From positions 128,001 through 192,000 of the forward strand of contig JASMDC010000001.1 of assembly GCA_030753015.1 (NCBI GenBank): a DNA stretch of 64,000 nucleotides, given 5' to 3'. This DNA is from Candidatus Undinarchaeales archaeon. Lineage in GTDB: Archaea; SpSt-1190; JASMDC01. The translations under genes and the position numbers were made by a program. The notes beneath the pieces are model-generated. The model saw nothing but the letters and a program-made list of their open reading frames with translations, was not told where the DNA came from and made no database searches. Of the stretch, positions 47,606 through 57,636 are shown piece after piece; the first letter of the stretch is position 1, and the number at the start of each line of letters is the position of its first letter.

Positions 47606-49108
47606 GTGAGAACTGTCGACTGGGACCGGCACTACGATGAAATGCTGCTGGGGGCACCGATCAAGACGCTCCTGAAGCCCGATGACTTCCTTGGCCGTCT
47701 GGCAGGGCTGGAGAATCCGGTGTACGCACCTCTCATCGATACTATTTCCGCCTGGGGCCCGCGGACGTACGAGGCAAAGCGGGATGAGTACGTGCGATCG
47801 CTGGTCGCCAACGACGTCATCTTCGGCAACGCGTCCATTGGCCTTGAGGAGACGGTCATCAACTCGAGCTTCATCCCGCGCATCGTGCCCAGCTCCTATG
47901 TCGAGAGCGAGCAGCGATGCATCCGGGCGATCATCGAGGCGTTCATCAATCTGGTGCACACGCCCGAGATCCTGAGAAAGATCTCCTACCTGCCCGAGTA
48001 CAAGGCACTGGACGCCCTGGGCATCATGGACGCCATCAGCGTCGATACTACCGAGAGCAGCGTGCTGCGCATCGATAAGGCCGTTGTATCCGCCCCGGGC
48101 CCCCTCTACAGCACTCCTGCCAAGACCTACGAGCTCAACTGGTGGGGCGCTGCGGGGCAGTGGCTCGTCGGCCAGCTCGAGCGGGTGTCGTTCGAGACCT
48201 TCGGTCTCGAGGGCAAGGTCCGCAATCTCTCCTTCGGCGCGCTCAAGGCCCAGGCTGACGTGTTCCGGGCCGAGAGCGGTAAGAAACGTCCCACGGTCAT
48301 CATGACCGTGTCCGATGAGAGCTACAATCCCAACGAGCACGCCAACTGGGCCGGGACCATGCGAAGCTTCGGCGTCGACGCTCACACCGTCAAGGAGGGC
48401 GAGCTCGCCTCAATTCTCACGTTCAAGGGGAGCGAGGTGTCCATGCACACCGAAGAGGGCGACACGACGGTCGACGTCTTCTACCTGCGCAACCAGCCGG
48501 ACGCCAGCACCTGGAACCATCCGGTCATCGACCGCATCCTCCGCGCATCGGTCAAGGGCGACATAGTCGTCCAGGAACCGCCGTGGACCGCGCTCTTCGA
48601 GGCCCGCGAGGCCATCGGTCTCGCTCTTGAGCACGCTGACAGCCTCACCTCCAGCTCGGAGGACGCCGAGCTCGTCCGCGCCGCCATGCCCGTCACCACG
48701 CAACTGCGGGGTCACGTCGACAAGGTGCGCGCCCGGGCGGACGACTTCATCCTGAAGTCGAACGCAGTCCACGGAGGGAGGAGCCTGCGTCTGACACGCG
48801 CAGAGGTGCTCAAGTCGCTGGAGGAGTTCCCCAGCATGGCCCCGGACGAGGCGGATGCGCTCATAGTCCAGGAGAAGATTTTCCCCAGCACCATGCCGAC
48901 CGACACGGTGAGCCCGCAGAAGGACGAGCGGCGCAAGGGCAAGCTCGTAATCACCTCGGACCTGCTGGACTTCGATCCCTACGTGCACTGGGAGTGGCGC
49001 AATGGGAAGGTCACTGCCAAGATCGTCGAGGTGCTCACGCGTGCCGGCTTCCCATCCAACGTCCAGGGTGGTGGTGGTATCATCCCCGTGTTCCTGACAA
49101 AGAGCTAG
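47606..49108 (+). CDS. ATP-grasp amide ligase (circularly permuted / glutathionylspermidine synthase-like)
   Basis: LRID, YELN, DVFYLR, FILKS...GG, IVQEKI, SNVQGGGGIIPVF. Confidence 0.65.
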   Translation: MRTVDWDRHYDEMLLGAPIKTLLKPDDFLGRLAGLENPVYAPLIDTISAWGPRTYEAKRDEYVRSLVANDVIFGNASIGLEETVINSSFIPRIVPSSYVESEQRCIRAIIEAFINLVHTPEILRKISYLPEYKALDALGIMDAISVDTTESSVLRIDKAVVSAPGPLYSTPAKTYELNWWGAAGQWLVGQLERVSFETFGLEGKVRNLSFGALKAQADVFRAESGKKRPTVIMTVSDESYNPNEHANWAGTMRSFGVDAHTVKEGELASILTFKGSEVSMHTEEGDTTVDVFYLRNQPDASTWNHPVIDRILRASVKGDIVVQEPPWTALFEAREAIGLALEHADSLTSSSEDAELVRAAMPVTTQLRGHVDKVRARADDFILKSNAVHGGRSLRLTRAEVLKSLEEFPSMAPDEADALIVQEKIFPSTMPTDTVSPQKDERRKGKLVITSDLLDFDPYVHWEWRNGKVTAKIVEVLTRAGFPSNVQGGGGIIPVFLTKS

Positions 49109-49998
49109 CTATCGAGGCATCCTGCGGGAAGCGGTATGCCCTGGCGGGCGCACTCCTCTGTGATGAGCTCCTTTAGCCGCTCCACGGTCCCTTCCCTGAG
49201 CTCGGGATCGAACGACGCACCTGCAGCGTACGGATGACCGCCACCGCCAAGGGCCGAGGCCACACGGCTGCAGTCGAAAGGCACGTCACGGTCCGGATTG
49301 GTGCCGAAGGAGAGACGGCCCCGGCCGTCCGTATGCGTCGTCACGGTGATCACCAGATCGATACCCTGCTCGTAGAGGGCCAGCTCGGCCACCTTGGACG
49401 AGTACCGCTTCCGATCGGGTACGTCGACGAGGGCGATCCGCCCGTCGCAGACGGTGACACAGTCGCCGTTCTCCAGAAGCTTCAGGGTGGGCGCCTCCCG
49501 CTCCTCGGTGAACCGGCGCAGGCGCTTGAGGAACGTGGCGTCGGTGAACACCGCGTCCATCCCCTCGTCCCGGACCAGCCGGAGGATGTGCAGGAGGAAC
49601 CTGCTGTCCTGGCGGTACTCTAGAGCGAAGGTGAGCCTACGCACGTCTGGTAGTTCCATCCGGAACTGGTCGGTTGCACGGGCGAGCTCCAGGATACGGT
49701 CCACCCGCGGTCCTGCAAGCTCGTAGTAGCGCGCGACCACCACGGCCGCACAGGGTGCCGTGGGGTCCAACTCACCCTCGTAGGTGATGCCCTGCACACG
49801 CCCGGTCTGTGACGCGTGATGGTCGAGCCACACCGATGCTTTTGGCGTGTAAGGGAGGTCGACGACGATGTCGCCCTCTTCCGCCACCTCGTCCACCGTA
49901 TCGGGTCGGGTGAACACCACGTCGTCGATGCTCGTGGCCATGGACACCAAGGCGGCCGAGGCAAGGCCGTCGAAGTCCGTGTGCGCGACGATCCTCAC
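49105..49998 (-). CDS. DHH-family phosphoesterase with DHHA1 domain
   Basis: HTDFDG, VDLP, LDHH, GGGGHPYAAG. Confidence 0.9.
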   Translation of the reverse strand: MRIVAHTDFDGLASAALVSMATSIDDVVFTRPDTVDEVAEEGDIVVDLPYTPKASVWLDHHASQTGRVQGITYEGELDPTAPCAAVVVARYYELAGPRVDRILELARATDQFRMELPDVRRLTFALEYRQDSRFLLHILRLVRDEGMDAVFTDATFLKRLRRFTEEREAPTLKLLENGDCVTVCDGRIALVDVPDRKRYSSKVAELALYEQGIDLVITVTTHTDGRGRLSFGTNPDRDVPFDCSRVASALGGGGHPYAAGASFDPELREGTVERLKELITEECARQGIPLPAGCLDS

Positions 49999-50759
49999 TT
50001 GAGCACGCCCTCGTCACCAGCCTCGTGCAGGCGGACGGCGGCCTCCAGAGCGCAGGTGATGGCGTTGTTGGTGCCCGGAGTAGTGTCGATGTCCGAGAAC
50101 GGCTCGCCCTCGGCGGTCTCGCCCACGGCCACGAGCACGGTGCCCGCCTTGCATCCGCGGATCTGGGCGACCACGAAGATCGACGCTGACTCCATGGAGG
50201 TGGCCAGCACGCCGGCCTTCTTCCAGAATTCCCACTTCTTCTCTAGGTCGACACCGATGGGTATGTCAGCGGGCTCCTCGATGTAGAATGCGTCCTTGAC
50301 ATGCGCCAGGCCGATGTGGTACTGGTAGCCCTTGTCCCGGGCGGAGAGCCGGAGTGCGTCCATGACGTCGATGTCGGCCACGGCGGGAAAAGAGATGGGC
50401 ACGTACTGGCGGCTGGTCCCGTCCTCGCGAACGGCCCCGCTGACTACGACCAGGTCGTTGAGCTTGACGTGCGGCTGGAGCGAGCCGGCGGTGCCCACCC
50501 GGATGAATGTGTCGGCGCCCACCTGGATGAGCTCTTCCACGGCTATGGCAGCCGACGGCCCGCCGATGCCCGTGGACGTTACGCCGATCGGTACTCCCTT
50601 ATAGCTGCCCACGAAGGTGGTGAACTCGCGGTTCTGGGCCAGCTTGCGCGGATTGTCGAAGAACTTGGAGATGTACTCAGCACGAGCGGGATCGCCGGGA
50701 AGGAGCATGATCTTGGGGACGTCGCCCTTGTTCAGCCCGATGTGATAGGTGTCGGCCAT
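49995..50759 (-). CDS. udp: Uridine phosphorylase (nucleoside phosphorylase family)
   Basis: LLPGDPAR, QNREF, STGIGGPSAAIAVEEL, IRVGTAG, MESA. Confidence 0.88.
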   Translation of the reverse strand: MADTYHIGLNKGDVPKIMLLPGDPARAEYISKFFDNPRKLAQNREFTTFVGSYKGVPIGVTSTGIGGPSAAIAVEELIQVGADTFIRVGTAGSLQPHVKLNDLVVVSGAVREDGTSRQYVPISFPAVADIDVMDALRLSARDKGYQYHIGLAHVKDAFYIEEPADIPIGVDLEKKWEFWKKAGVLATSMESASIFVVAQIRGCKAGTVLVAVGETAEGEPFSDIDTTPGTNNAITCALEAAVRLHEAGDEGVLK

Positions 50760-50971
50760 GGGGGGCTTGGGGACGGTACAGTTTGATATAGGTTACGACT
50801 ACGGGAGGGGCGGCTCCTGTGCAGATGATGCCTCGAACACAGCGAGGTCGATGACGAGTTCACTGGATACAAGCTTGAGATTCATAATGATAGGGTAAGC
50901 AGTTAGGGCCTGTAAACTGATTACTATATCATTTAGAATTCGTCAACAATCCAGACACCAGAAATGACATC

Positions 50972-51118
50972 GCATAACCACTATTATCGCGTCGTGGTGG
51001 AAATTCGGTAATTCGGATATCCACATGGGCGTTATTCAGGCTGAGGGGGCGACAACGTAGGTGTGCCTCTTACAGTCATTTGGAAGGAAAAGCGACGTCG
51101 GATAACCCCTTGTTATAC
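50972..51118 (+). other. Integron attC-like site 1
   Basis: R'' GCATAAC ... R' GTTATAC, 147 bp; inner dyad ttatcgcgtcg/cgacgtcggataa. Confidence 0.7.
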
Positions 51119-51178
51119 GGCGTTGGCGTTCTTGGTAAAGAAGGTTATTTAGCTTAGGCTTGTCATTTCTGTATACAC

Positions 51179-52156
51179 ATGCCCTTTGCCAGTCCATTGA
51201 GTTCCCTACTTGCTATAGGGCTTATTGCATTTGTATGGATTGTGCTCTCGTGGGAGATAGTTTTCATATTTCTTACAATAATGAGAAAGATTCCAGGAAA
51301 GCTGCTCAAAGATCATTTCAAAGAGGAAAAATACCGAAAGCTCATCTCTTCAAAACCAGCTTGGTTGATGCACATTCTCTTCATCTTTGTAATTATTTGT
51401 CTTTTCTGGGGCTATCTTGTAGAACCCTATCGTTTACATATTGAAAGAATTCAAGTTGAAACGAAGAAGATAGCAGCTGGGAGTACCGTCCGAATCGTAC
51501 ATTTAACAGACTCTCATTCCGTTGGAAGAGTCCGCAACGAAGCAAAGGTGACGGAGCTTGTTACATCCTTGAATCCAGATATCGTCGTCTTTACAGGGGA
51601 TGTACTCTCTGCTCCCGAAGGGCTTCCCATGTTCAAGGAAATGATGAAACCATTGTCTGCGCAAGGCGGAATCTTTGGAGTCAAAGGGAATTGGGATGAA
51701 TGGTACTGGAATGAAATGGACCTCTTTGGGGGGACTCCAATAAAGGAACTGAAATCGGACCATGTCAATGTTACAATAAGGAATCAGACGATCTCTGTAA
51801 TTGGAATTGGATTCGGACGTGAGATGTTATTGGAAGAATCAATTGAAGGAATCCACGAAGAACAGTATAAGATCCTTCTGTATCACAAGCCCGATGAGAT
51901 AAAGAATGCAAGAGATCTTGGAATAGACCTCTATCTCACAGGTCATACTCATGGGGGTCAGATAAGATTGCCATTCTATGGGGCAATGATGACGCTATCG
52001 GATTATGGTAAGAAGTACGAATCGGGGTTATTCAGAGAAGGAGATACAACAATGTATGTTTCTCGAGGGATTGGTACAGAGGATGATGGTCTACTTCGAG
52101 CTAGGTTCCTTTGCCCACCAGAGATTACGTACATAGAAATAATTGGTACGGGTTAA
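51179..52156 (+). CDS. Membrane-anchored metallophosphoesterase (YkuE/YaeI-like), integron cassette gene
   Basis: TDSH, FTGD, GNWD, LYHKPD, GHTHGGQI, VSRGIG; visibly AT-rich relative to flanks. Confidence 0.92.
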   Translation: MPFASPLSSLLAIGLIAFVWIVLSWEIVFIFLTIMRKIPGKLLKDHFKEEKYRKLISSKPAWLMHILFIFVIICLFWGYLVEPYRLHIERIQVETKKIAAGSTVRIVHLTDSHSVGRVRNEAKVTELVTSLNPDIVVFTGDVLSAPEGLPMFKEMMKPLSAQGGIFGVKGNWDEWYWNEMDLFGGTPIKELKSDHVNVTIRNQTISVIGIGFGREMLLEESIEGIHEEQYKILLYHKPDEIKNARDLGIDLYLTGHTHGGQIRLPFYGAMMTLSDYGKKYESGLFREGDTTMYVSRGIGTEDDGLLRARFLCPPEITYIEIIGTG

Positions 52157-52169
52157 ATACGTCAATGCC

Positions 52170-52312
52170 GTATAACGGTCCGGTGCCATCCGACGCGCCG
52201 ACGTCTAGCGAAGGAGAGCGAGGTTCAAATCTGTCCCACTCAAGTAGATCGTCGGCGTGTTGGCGGAGGGCCGACGGGACGGAGGCCCGGAGCCGGATGC
52301 ATTGAGTTATAC
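52170..52312 (+). other. Integron attC site 2
   Basis: R'' GTATAAC ... R' GTTATAC, 143 bp; L boxes tgccatccg/cggatgca with one extrahelical base; gacgcgccgacg/cgtcggcgtgt stem. Confidence 0.85.
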
Positions 52313-52375
52313 GCCGTTGTCCTTTGGTTTTATTAATGTGAATTGAGTTAACTACATAGAAGGGGAATCAATAAG

Positions 52376-52582
52376 ATGTATGGTTGGAACTTATCAGATA
52401 TTCGATGGTGGGGAGGAAAGGTCGATTATCTTACTAAACTCTTCCTTGGAGTTCTTTTATTTGATATGGCTCATGTATTAGTTTACAATAGAACGCATTT
52501 CTTATTGGATATAATATTAGTTATCTTACCTGTGATTATTGGGTTAATATCATCATGGCAGTTGGAACAAATTACTACTTAG
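52376..52582 (+). CDS. Small hydrophobic protein, integron cassette gene
   Basis: AT-rich 68-aa ORF with 2 hydrophobic segments between attC sites; may be a decayed longer gene. Confidence 0.55.
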   Translation: MYGWNLSDIRWWGGKVDYLTKLFLGVLLFDMAHVLVYNRTHFLLDIILVILPVIIGLISSWQLEQITT

Positions 52583-52609
52583 GGATATTATATACGAGTG
52601 GACAATAGC

Positions 52610-52687
52610 GTATAACTACCTATATCTGCCCTTTTTGTTCCGATGAAGTGTCCTTCGTCCTTAGTCGTGTATCGCCCCTGATGCGCT
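52610..52687 (+). other. Left part of a third attC-like site, interrupted
   Basis: ggacaatagcGTATAAC is the near-complement (15/17) of the cassette start GTTATACgccgttgtcc; no matching R' before the mobile element. Confidence 0.6.
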
Positions 52688-54435
52688 CTAGGTATCTTCA
52701 CTTTCCGAGATCATTGCAGATGAGTCAAGTTTTCGGAGCCCGTTTCGAAAGCATCGCCCCATCGATGATCTTCCCGATCTCGCGGTCCACGTCCCTGAAG
52801 GCGCGTGCGAGTGGTCGAGGGATCGGGTCGTCGGGCTCCATCGCTGCAAAACCCGGACCGAACACGCGCGCATTCATCTTGGTGAAGAACATCGACACCT
52901 TCATTCCGTACGGCGTGAGGAGGTAGCTGTTTGTGTGGGGCACACGCCAGATGATACCCTTCAAGCGGAGCCGACGCAGGTCGTACGTCATCTGGCCGCT
53001 CAAGTAGGTCGTATGTCCATCATCAAGTAGGTCAGCCATCCCCATGCGCAGGTCCTTATGGGTGAAGCCGTGCGCTGCATGCAGGAACAAGGTGAGCGTC
53101 AGGAAGAGGCACATCACGCGCTTGTCACCAAAGCGCAGGCCTGACGCCCGTCGACCGTCTTCCGTGACGGTGGGCTGCACCACACGTTCCACGCCCTCCT
53201 GCGAGAGGGCACAGTCCTGGCTGACGCGCTCGACGTCAAGTAGACGCCGGTTCGTCATACGACCGATCTTCTGGAGATAGGGAAGGTTGTCGAGTCCCTT
53301 GTTCACCCTGAAGTCCTTCGGGTTGTTGATGGTGGTCTCCGTGCGAAGAGCACGGTTCTCCTTGAAATACTGCTTGACTTGGTTCCTCTTGTAGTTGAAG
53401 TGGAGGCTGGGATGGACGCCCTGATTGATGACCCTGGTCCGGAACTTCCCGGGAGTGGCCTTCGTGATGCGGCGGTCGAACACAACACTGATGCCGTCGG
53501 GCCTCCCCAGATCGATGTTCTCCCTTATGACGCCCTCAAAGAACCGTCTCCCGTTCTGGGGACGGTCGAAGACCTGGGTGCGGCTTACCTCCATTTGCCA
53601 GATGGAAAGCTTGTGACCGTACCCCGCTTCGATGCTCTCGTCACTCAATGGCCAGGGAAGACGTTCCCGCCATCGGGTGAAGAACTCCCTGATCTGCGTG
53701 GGACCGAGCCGGTCACAGATCTCTTGTAGCCTTTCGGGGTCGGTGCAGGAGCGGAAGCCGTTGTCCAGCGGCTCGAAGGGGATGCCCTCCTTCCGTAGTT
53801 GCTGCTTGGCCCACTCATGGCCGTTCAGGCAGACCTTGACCGGGAAGGGGACATAGGTGCAGACCTTGATGAACCCGGGACCGAACTCCTTGTCCTTGAT
53901 GTAGAAATAGATGTGGTTGACATTGGCTGGCTGACGAGAGAGATCAAAGTAAACACGGCCCTTCTTCACCTTCTTGTACCCCTTGAAGGCTATCGCCCGC
54001 TCCTGGGCTATGCCGATGAAGACGACACCCTCCTCCTTATCGAACTTCTTGAGGTACTTGGCGGCGATGTCGTCCTTGCGTTCACCACGCTTGAAGTGGA
54101 TGATGGGGGTGTAGTTATCTCGTGCGAAGAGCTCGACGCGTGCCTTGAAGGTCGTCGTCATCTTCTTGAACAACGCAGGTGAGGGAATGGGATAGCCACG
54201 CTCACGAAGGTAGTAGACGAGTTGTCCGGATGTCTGGAGTGTGGGGATGTAGCCGTTCAGGTAGATCCTGTCCATGCACTCGATGTCGAGCGTCACATGC
54301 TTGGAAAGGAGTTCGTTGATATTGACGGCCATCAGTAGTGATGAGGCTCCTGAGAGTTATCCCTCTTTCCATGAGGATGACTAGCCTTTGTTATGCCATT
54401 GATTCACTCGACGGTTTGAGGCGAAGCTTCGCTAG
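52688..54435 (-). mobile_element. CTAG-bounded IS-like element with non-canonical transposase
   Basis: CTAG at 52688 and 54432; palindrome gcgaagcttcgc next to one end; AAAACTTGACTC over the stop codon; no terminal IRs. Confidence 0.6.
52725..54332 (-). CDS. Putative transposase/Rep-like protein with C-terminal wHTH
   Basis: DRIYLNGY, NGHEW, DNGF, KQYFKE.RALRTETTIN, TYDLRRLRLKG.I.RVP.T..Y.LT. Confidence 0.75.
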   Translation of the reverse strand: MAVNINELLSKHVTLDIECMDRIYLNGYIPTLQTSGQLVYYLRERGYPIPSPALFKKMTTTFKARVELFARDNYTPIIHFKRGERKDDIAAKYLKKFDKEEGVVFIGIAQERAIAFKGYKKVKKGRVYFDLSRQPANVNHIYFYIKDKEFGPGFIKVCTYVPFPVKVCLNGHEWAKQQLRKEGIPFEPLDNGFRSCTDPERLQEICDRLGPTQIREFFTRWRERLPWPLSDESIEAGYGHKLSIWQMEVSRTQVFDRPQNGRRFFEGVIRENIDLGRPDGISVVFDRRITKATPGKFRTRVINQGVHPSLHFNYKRNQVKQYFKENRALRTETTINNPKDFRVNKGLDNLPYLQKIGRMTNRRLLDVERVSQDCALSQEGVERVVQPTVTEDGRRASGLRFGDKRVMCLFLTLTLFLHAAHGFTHKDLRMGMADLLDDGHTTYLSGQMTYDLRRLRLKGIIWRVPHTNSYLLTPYGMKVSMFFTKMNARVFGPGFAAMEPDDPIPRPLARAFRDVDREIGKIIDGAMLSKRAPKT

Positions 54436-54755
54436 TATACGAAAGAACAGTCATACTCCAGTAGTCCGATAAAATCTCAGCAACGTCTTTATCACGAACT
54501 CGATGTCCGATATAAGTCCATGTCGCATTTTTATCCGAACGTCCGAGATGACGGACCCGGTCCTCGTCATGTATCCGACTTGCGGTTCGGATATCACAGG
54601 TCCCTTATAGACCCGATCCATCCGCTCCGAAACCCTTATACCTTCACGCCGTCTACTTCTTTATCGAGGCGGATGACCGCACATCGATGTAAGAGCCTAA
54701 CCGGGCTATGACAGGACCTAGGGTAGGAGACGCCTCGCTTCCTTCTGTCAGAGGC

Positions 54756-57290
54756 CTAAGAGGAGCCCTCGTCCTCCTCGACCCGGCCTTCCTCCACATC
54801 GAGTTCGTACTTGGCGTCCTCGATGAAGGACTTGTACCGGTTGAGGTATTCCTTGGCGGTGTCCTTGTCCTTGGACTCTGCGATCACGTGGAACACGGGC
54901 CGCGATCCGTCGGGCCTGATGAGCACCCATCCGTCGTCGAACCACACCTTCAGGCCGTCCAGCGTCTCGATCTCCTTGCCCTCGGCCATCTCCATGATCG
55001 TCCGCATGATGCGGCCACGGTACTCCCACGGGCCCTCCACCGTGTCGCGGAGCACGTTGGTGACGGGCACCTTCTCCACGAGCTTGGACAGCGACTCATC
55101 GTGGGTCGCCACGATCTCTGCTAGCTTTGCCGCTAGCAGGATGCCGTCCCGGGAGAGCTGGAACTGCGGGAAGATGCAGGCCCCGAGCTCGTCCCCCCCG
55201 AGCTTAGCACCGCTCTCGACGATGGTCCTCTCGAGCACCGCCGGGCTCATCTTGGCGCGGATGACCTCGGCACCGACCTTCTGGGCTGCCTCCTCCACGA
55301 CCAGCGACGCGGTGACGGGCACGACCATCTTCTCGCCCTTCTTGAGCAGGCACATGGCCATGAGCGCGAGGAGCACATCTCCCATCACGATCTGTCCGTC
55401 GTCGGTGACGCACATGAGCTTGTCAGCGTCCAGGTCATAGGCGACACCGAAGTCCGCCTGGAGGGCCTTCACCATCTTCGAGAGGTGGGAGAGGGCCTCG
55501 GGCGTCGGCCGGCTCTCCTGGGTCACGGTGCCCACCTGGGCATTGAGCGAGAGAACTTCGCAACCGATTTCCTGGAGGATGAGCGGGGCGATGACGGAGC
55601 CCGCGCCCATGGCGCAGTCCACGACGATCCGAGGCCTGCGCTTGGTGATCGCCTCGATGTCCAGGTGCTTCTTGATGTTGCCACGGTAGCGATCGAGGTA
55701 CCGTGCCGGGTACTCCACGTCACCCACGTTCATGGGCTCGGCGCGCTTGAGATCGCTCTTGAAGAAGATGTCCTCGATCTTGCGCTTCTCCGCCTCGTCG
55801 ATATCCCTACCGTTGTCACCGAACACCTTGATGGTCACCTGTCCCATCTTGTGACCGCCGGTGACGGCGATACCGCCCTTGGCGGCGTAGGAGTTGACCA
55901 GGTACTGGATGACCGGCGTGGGCGCCACGGTCACGTTCAAGGCCGTCACACCGACGGAAGAGAGCCCTGCCACAAGAGCCCGCTTGATCATGCGAGTGGA
56001 CAGGCGTGTGTCGCGTCCGATGATGACCTGGGTGCCCGATCCCAGGAACGTACCGATGGAGGCACCGAGCCTGGTGGCGAACTCGGGTGTGATCTCGATG
56101 TTCACCGTCCCGCTGACGCCCGAGTTGCCGAAGAGGTGCTGGAGCCAGGTGACGCCCACCTTGACGTCCATGTTCACTACCGCACCGGGTTCGACGACCT
56201 TCCCCGGCCAGAGCTTGATACCGGAATGGATGTGGCTCTTGCGGCCCACTACCGTGTTCTCGCCGACCACCGCGTCGTGCTCGATGATGGCGCCGGACCC
56301 GACGTTGACGCCGGGGCACACGCAGCAGCGCTGGAGCACGGCACCCTCGAGGATGCGGGCGTTGCCCAGCACAACAGAACGGGAGATCTGGGCGTCCGGT
56401 CCGACGCTCACGTTGTTGCCGATAGAGGCCAGGGGGCCGACCTCGGCGCCCTTGCAGATGATGACGTTGTCGCCGATGACCGACGGGCCCCGGATGATGG
56501 CGCCATCCTCGATGATGGCATCCTTGCCGATCCACACGGTCTCTCCGCCCATTTCCTTGGCCTTTCCGGGTACTTCTGCCTTCACCTTCTGGGTGAGGAC
56601 GTCGTGAGCGCCAACGATGAACTTCTCGGGATTGCCCACGTCGTGCCAGTAGCAGTCGTCGACGTAGCCGAACATGGGCTCCCCGTCGCCCAGCAGCTCG
56701 GGGAAGAGGTCCTTTGAGAAGTCGCGCACCTTGCCCTCGGGAAGGCGCTCGAACACGCGAGGCTCGATGACGTAGGTACCGGTGTTGATGGTGTCACTGA
56801 AGACCTCGCTCCACCCGGGCTTCTCTAGGAAGCGGGTGATGCGACCGGTCTGGTCGGTGATCACGATGCCGTACTCCAGCGGGTTCTCGACGCGTGTGAG
56901 GCCGATGGTCACGGCGGCCTTGTTCTTCTTGTGGAACTCTAAGAGCTTGGTGAGGTCGAAGTCGGTGAGCACGTCACCCGAGAGCACGAGGAAGGTGTCG
57001 TCCAGCTGATCGTGGACGAGCTTCACCCCGCCGGCAGTCCCCAGCGCCTTCTCCTCCACGGAGTAGGAGATGTTCACACCGTACTCCGAGCCATCGCCGA
57101 AGAACTCCTGGATCTGCTCGGCAAGGTAGCGTGTGGTGAGGATGATGTCAGTGATACCGTGCTTTTTGAGAAGCTCGATGATGTGCACGAGCATGGGCTT
57201 GTTGACTATGTGCGCGAGCGGTTTGGGGATGCCGCAGGTGACGGGGAGGAGCCGGGTACCCTTCCCTCCGGCCATGACGACTGCTTTCAT
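54756..57290 (-). CDS. Sugar-phosphate nucleotidyltransferase (M1P guanylyltransferase-like) + hexapeptide repeats + phosphomannomutase-like domain
   Basis: [30 protein letters not shown]; then [23 protein letters not shown]. Confidence 0.92.
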   Translation of the reverse strand: MKAVVMAGGKGTRLLPVTCGIPKPLAHIVNKPMLVHIIELLKKHGITDIILTTRYLAEQIQEFFGDGSEYGVNISYSVEEKALGTAGGVKLVHDQLDDTFLVLSGDVLTDFDLTKLLEFHKKNKAAVTIGLTRVENPLEYGIVITDQTGRITRFLEKPGWSEVFSDTINTGTYVIEPRVFERLPEGKVRDFSKDLFPELLGDGEPMFGYVDDCYWHDVGNPEKFIVGAHDVLTQKVKAEVPGKAKEMGGETVWIGKDAIIEDGAIIRGPSVIGDNVIICKGAEVGPLASIGNNVSVGPDAQISRSVVLGNARILEGAVLQRCCVCPGVNVGSGAIIEHDAVVGENTVVGRKSHIHSGIKLWPGKVVEPGAVVNMDVKVGVTWLQHLFGNSGVSGTVNIEITPEFATRLGASIGTFLGSGTQVIIGRDTRLSTRMIKRALVAGLSSVGVTALNVTVAPTPVIQYLVNSYAAKGGIAVTGGHKMGQVTIKVFGDNGRDIDEAEKRKIEDIFFKSDLKRAEPMNVGDVEYPARYLDRYRGNIKKHLDIEAITKRRPRIVVDCAMGAGSVIAPLILQEIGCEVLSLNAQVGTVTQESRPTPEALSHLSKMVKALQADFGVAYDLDADKLMCVTDDGQIVMGDVLLALMAMCLLKKGEKMVVPVTASLVVEEAAQKVGAEVIRAKMSPAVLERTIVESGAKLGGDELGACIFPQFQLSRDGILLAAKLAEIVATHDESLSKLVEKVPVTNVLRDTVEGPWEYRGRIMRTIMEMAEGKEIETLDGLKVWFDDGWVLIRPDGSRPVFHVIAESKDKDTAKEYLNRYKSFIEDAKYELDVEEGRVEEDEGSS

Positions 57291-57343
57291 GGTTCGGGGA
57301 CAACGGTCGTAGAAATAAAAACTTTAGCAACTGATCAGTGACC

Positions 57344-57628
57344 ATGGCCGAGGCGCACATGGCCTTTCTGATCATCGGCTACAACCTGAGCTTCATCTCC
57401 GAGCGTGCCGCTCCCGAGTGGCGCGACCGTATCTACGAGGCACTTAAGTCCCTCCACACCTGGCTCGAAGTGCTCGGGGCGCAGGACGACGAGATCGGGC
57501 TCGAGGTCGCCGGATGGATAGACAAGTTCGACAAGGGCATCGACATAGATTACGAGCGTCTGCGCCGCAAGGCCCGGGCCGCCTGGTGGGACACCATGGA
57601 AGAGACCGTCCGGGAGTACGCGGGCTGA
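57344..57628 (+). CDS. Hypothetical protein
   Basis: Fills the gap between genes; typical codon use. Confidence 0.6.
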   Translation: MAEAHMAFLIIGYNLSFISERAAPEWRDRIYEALKSLHTWLEVLGAQDDEIGLEVAGWIDKFDKGIDIDYERLRRKARAAWWDTMEETVREYAG

Positions 57629-57636
57629 GCGCTGCC

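Noticed and set aside
50895-50915. GTTAGGG as attI or an IS end
   Set aside because: Single short match without a partner site; does not complement the first attC R'' flank.
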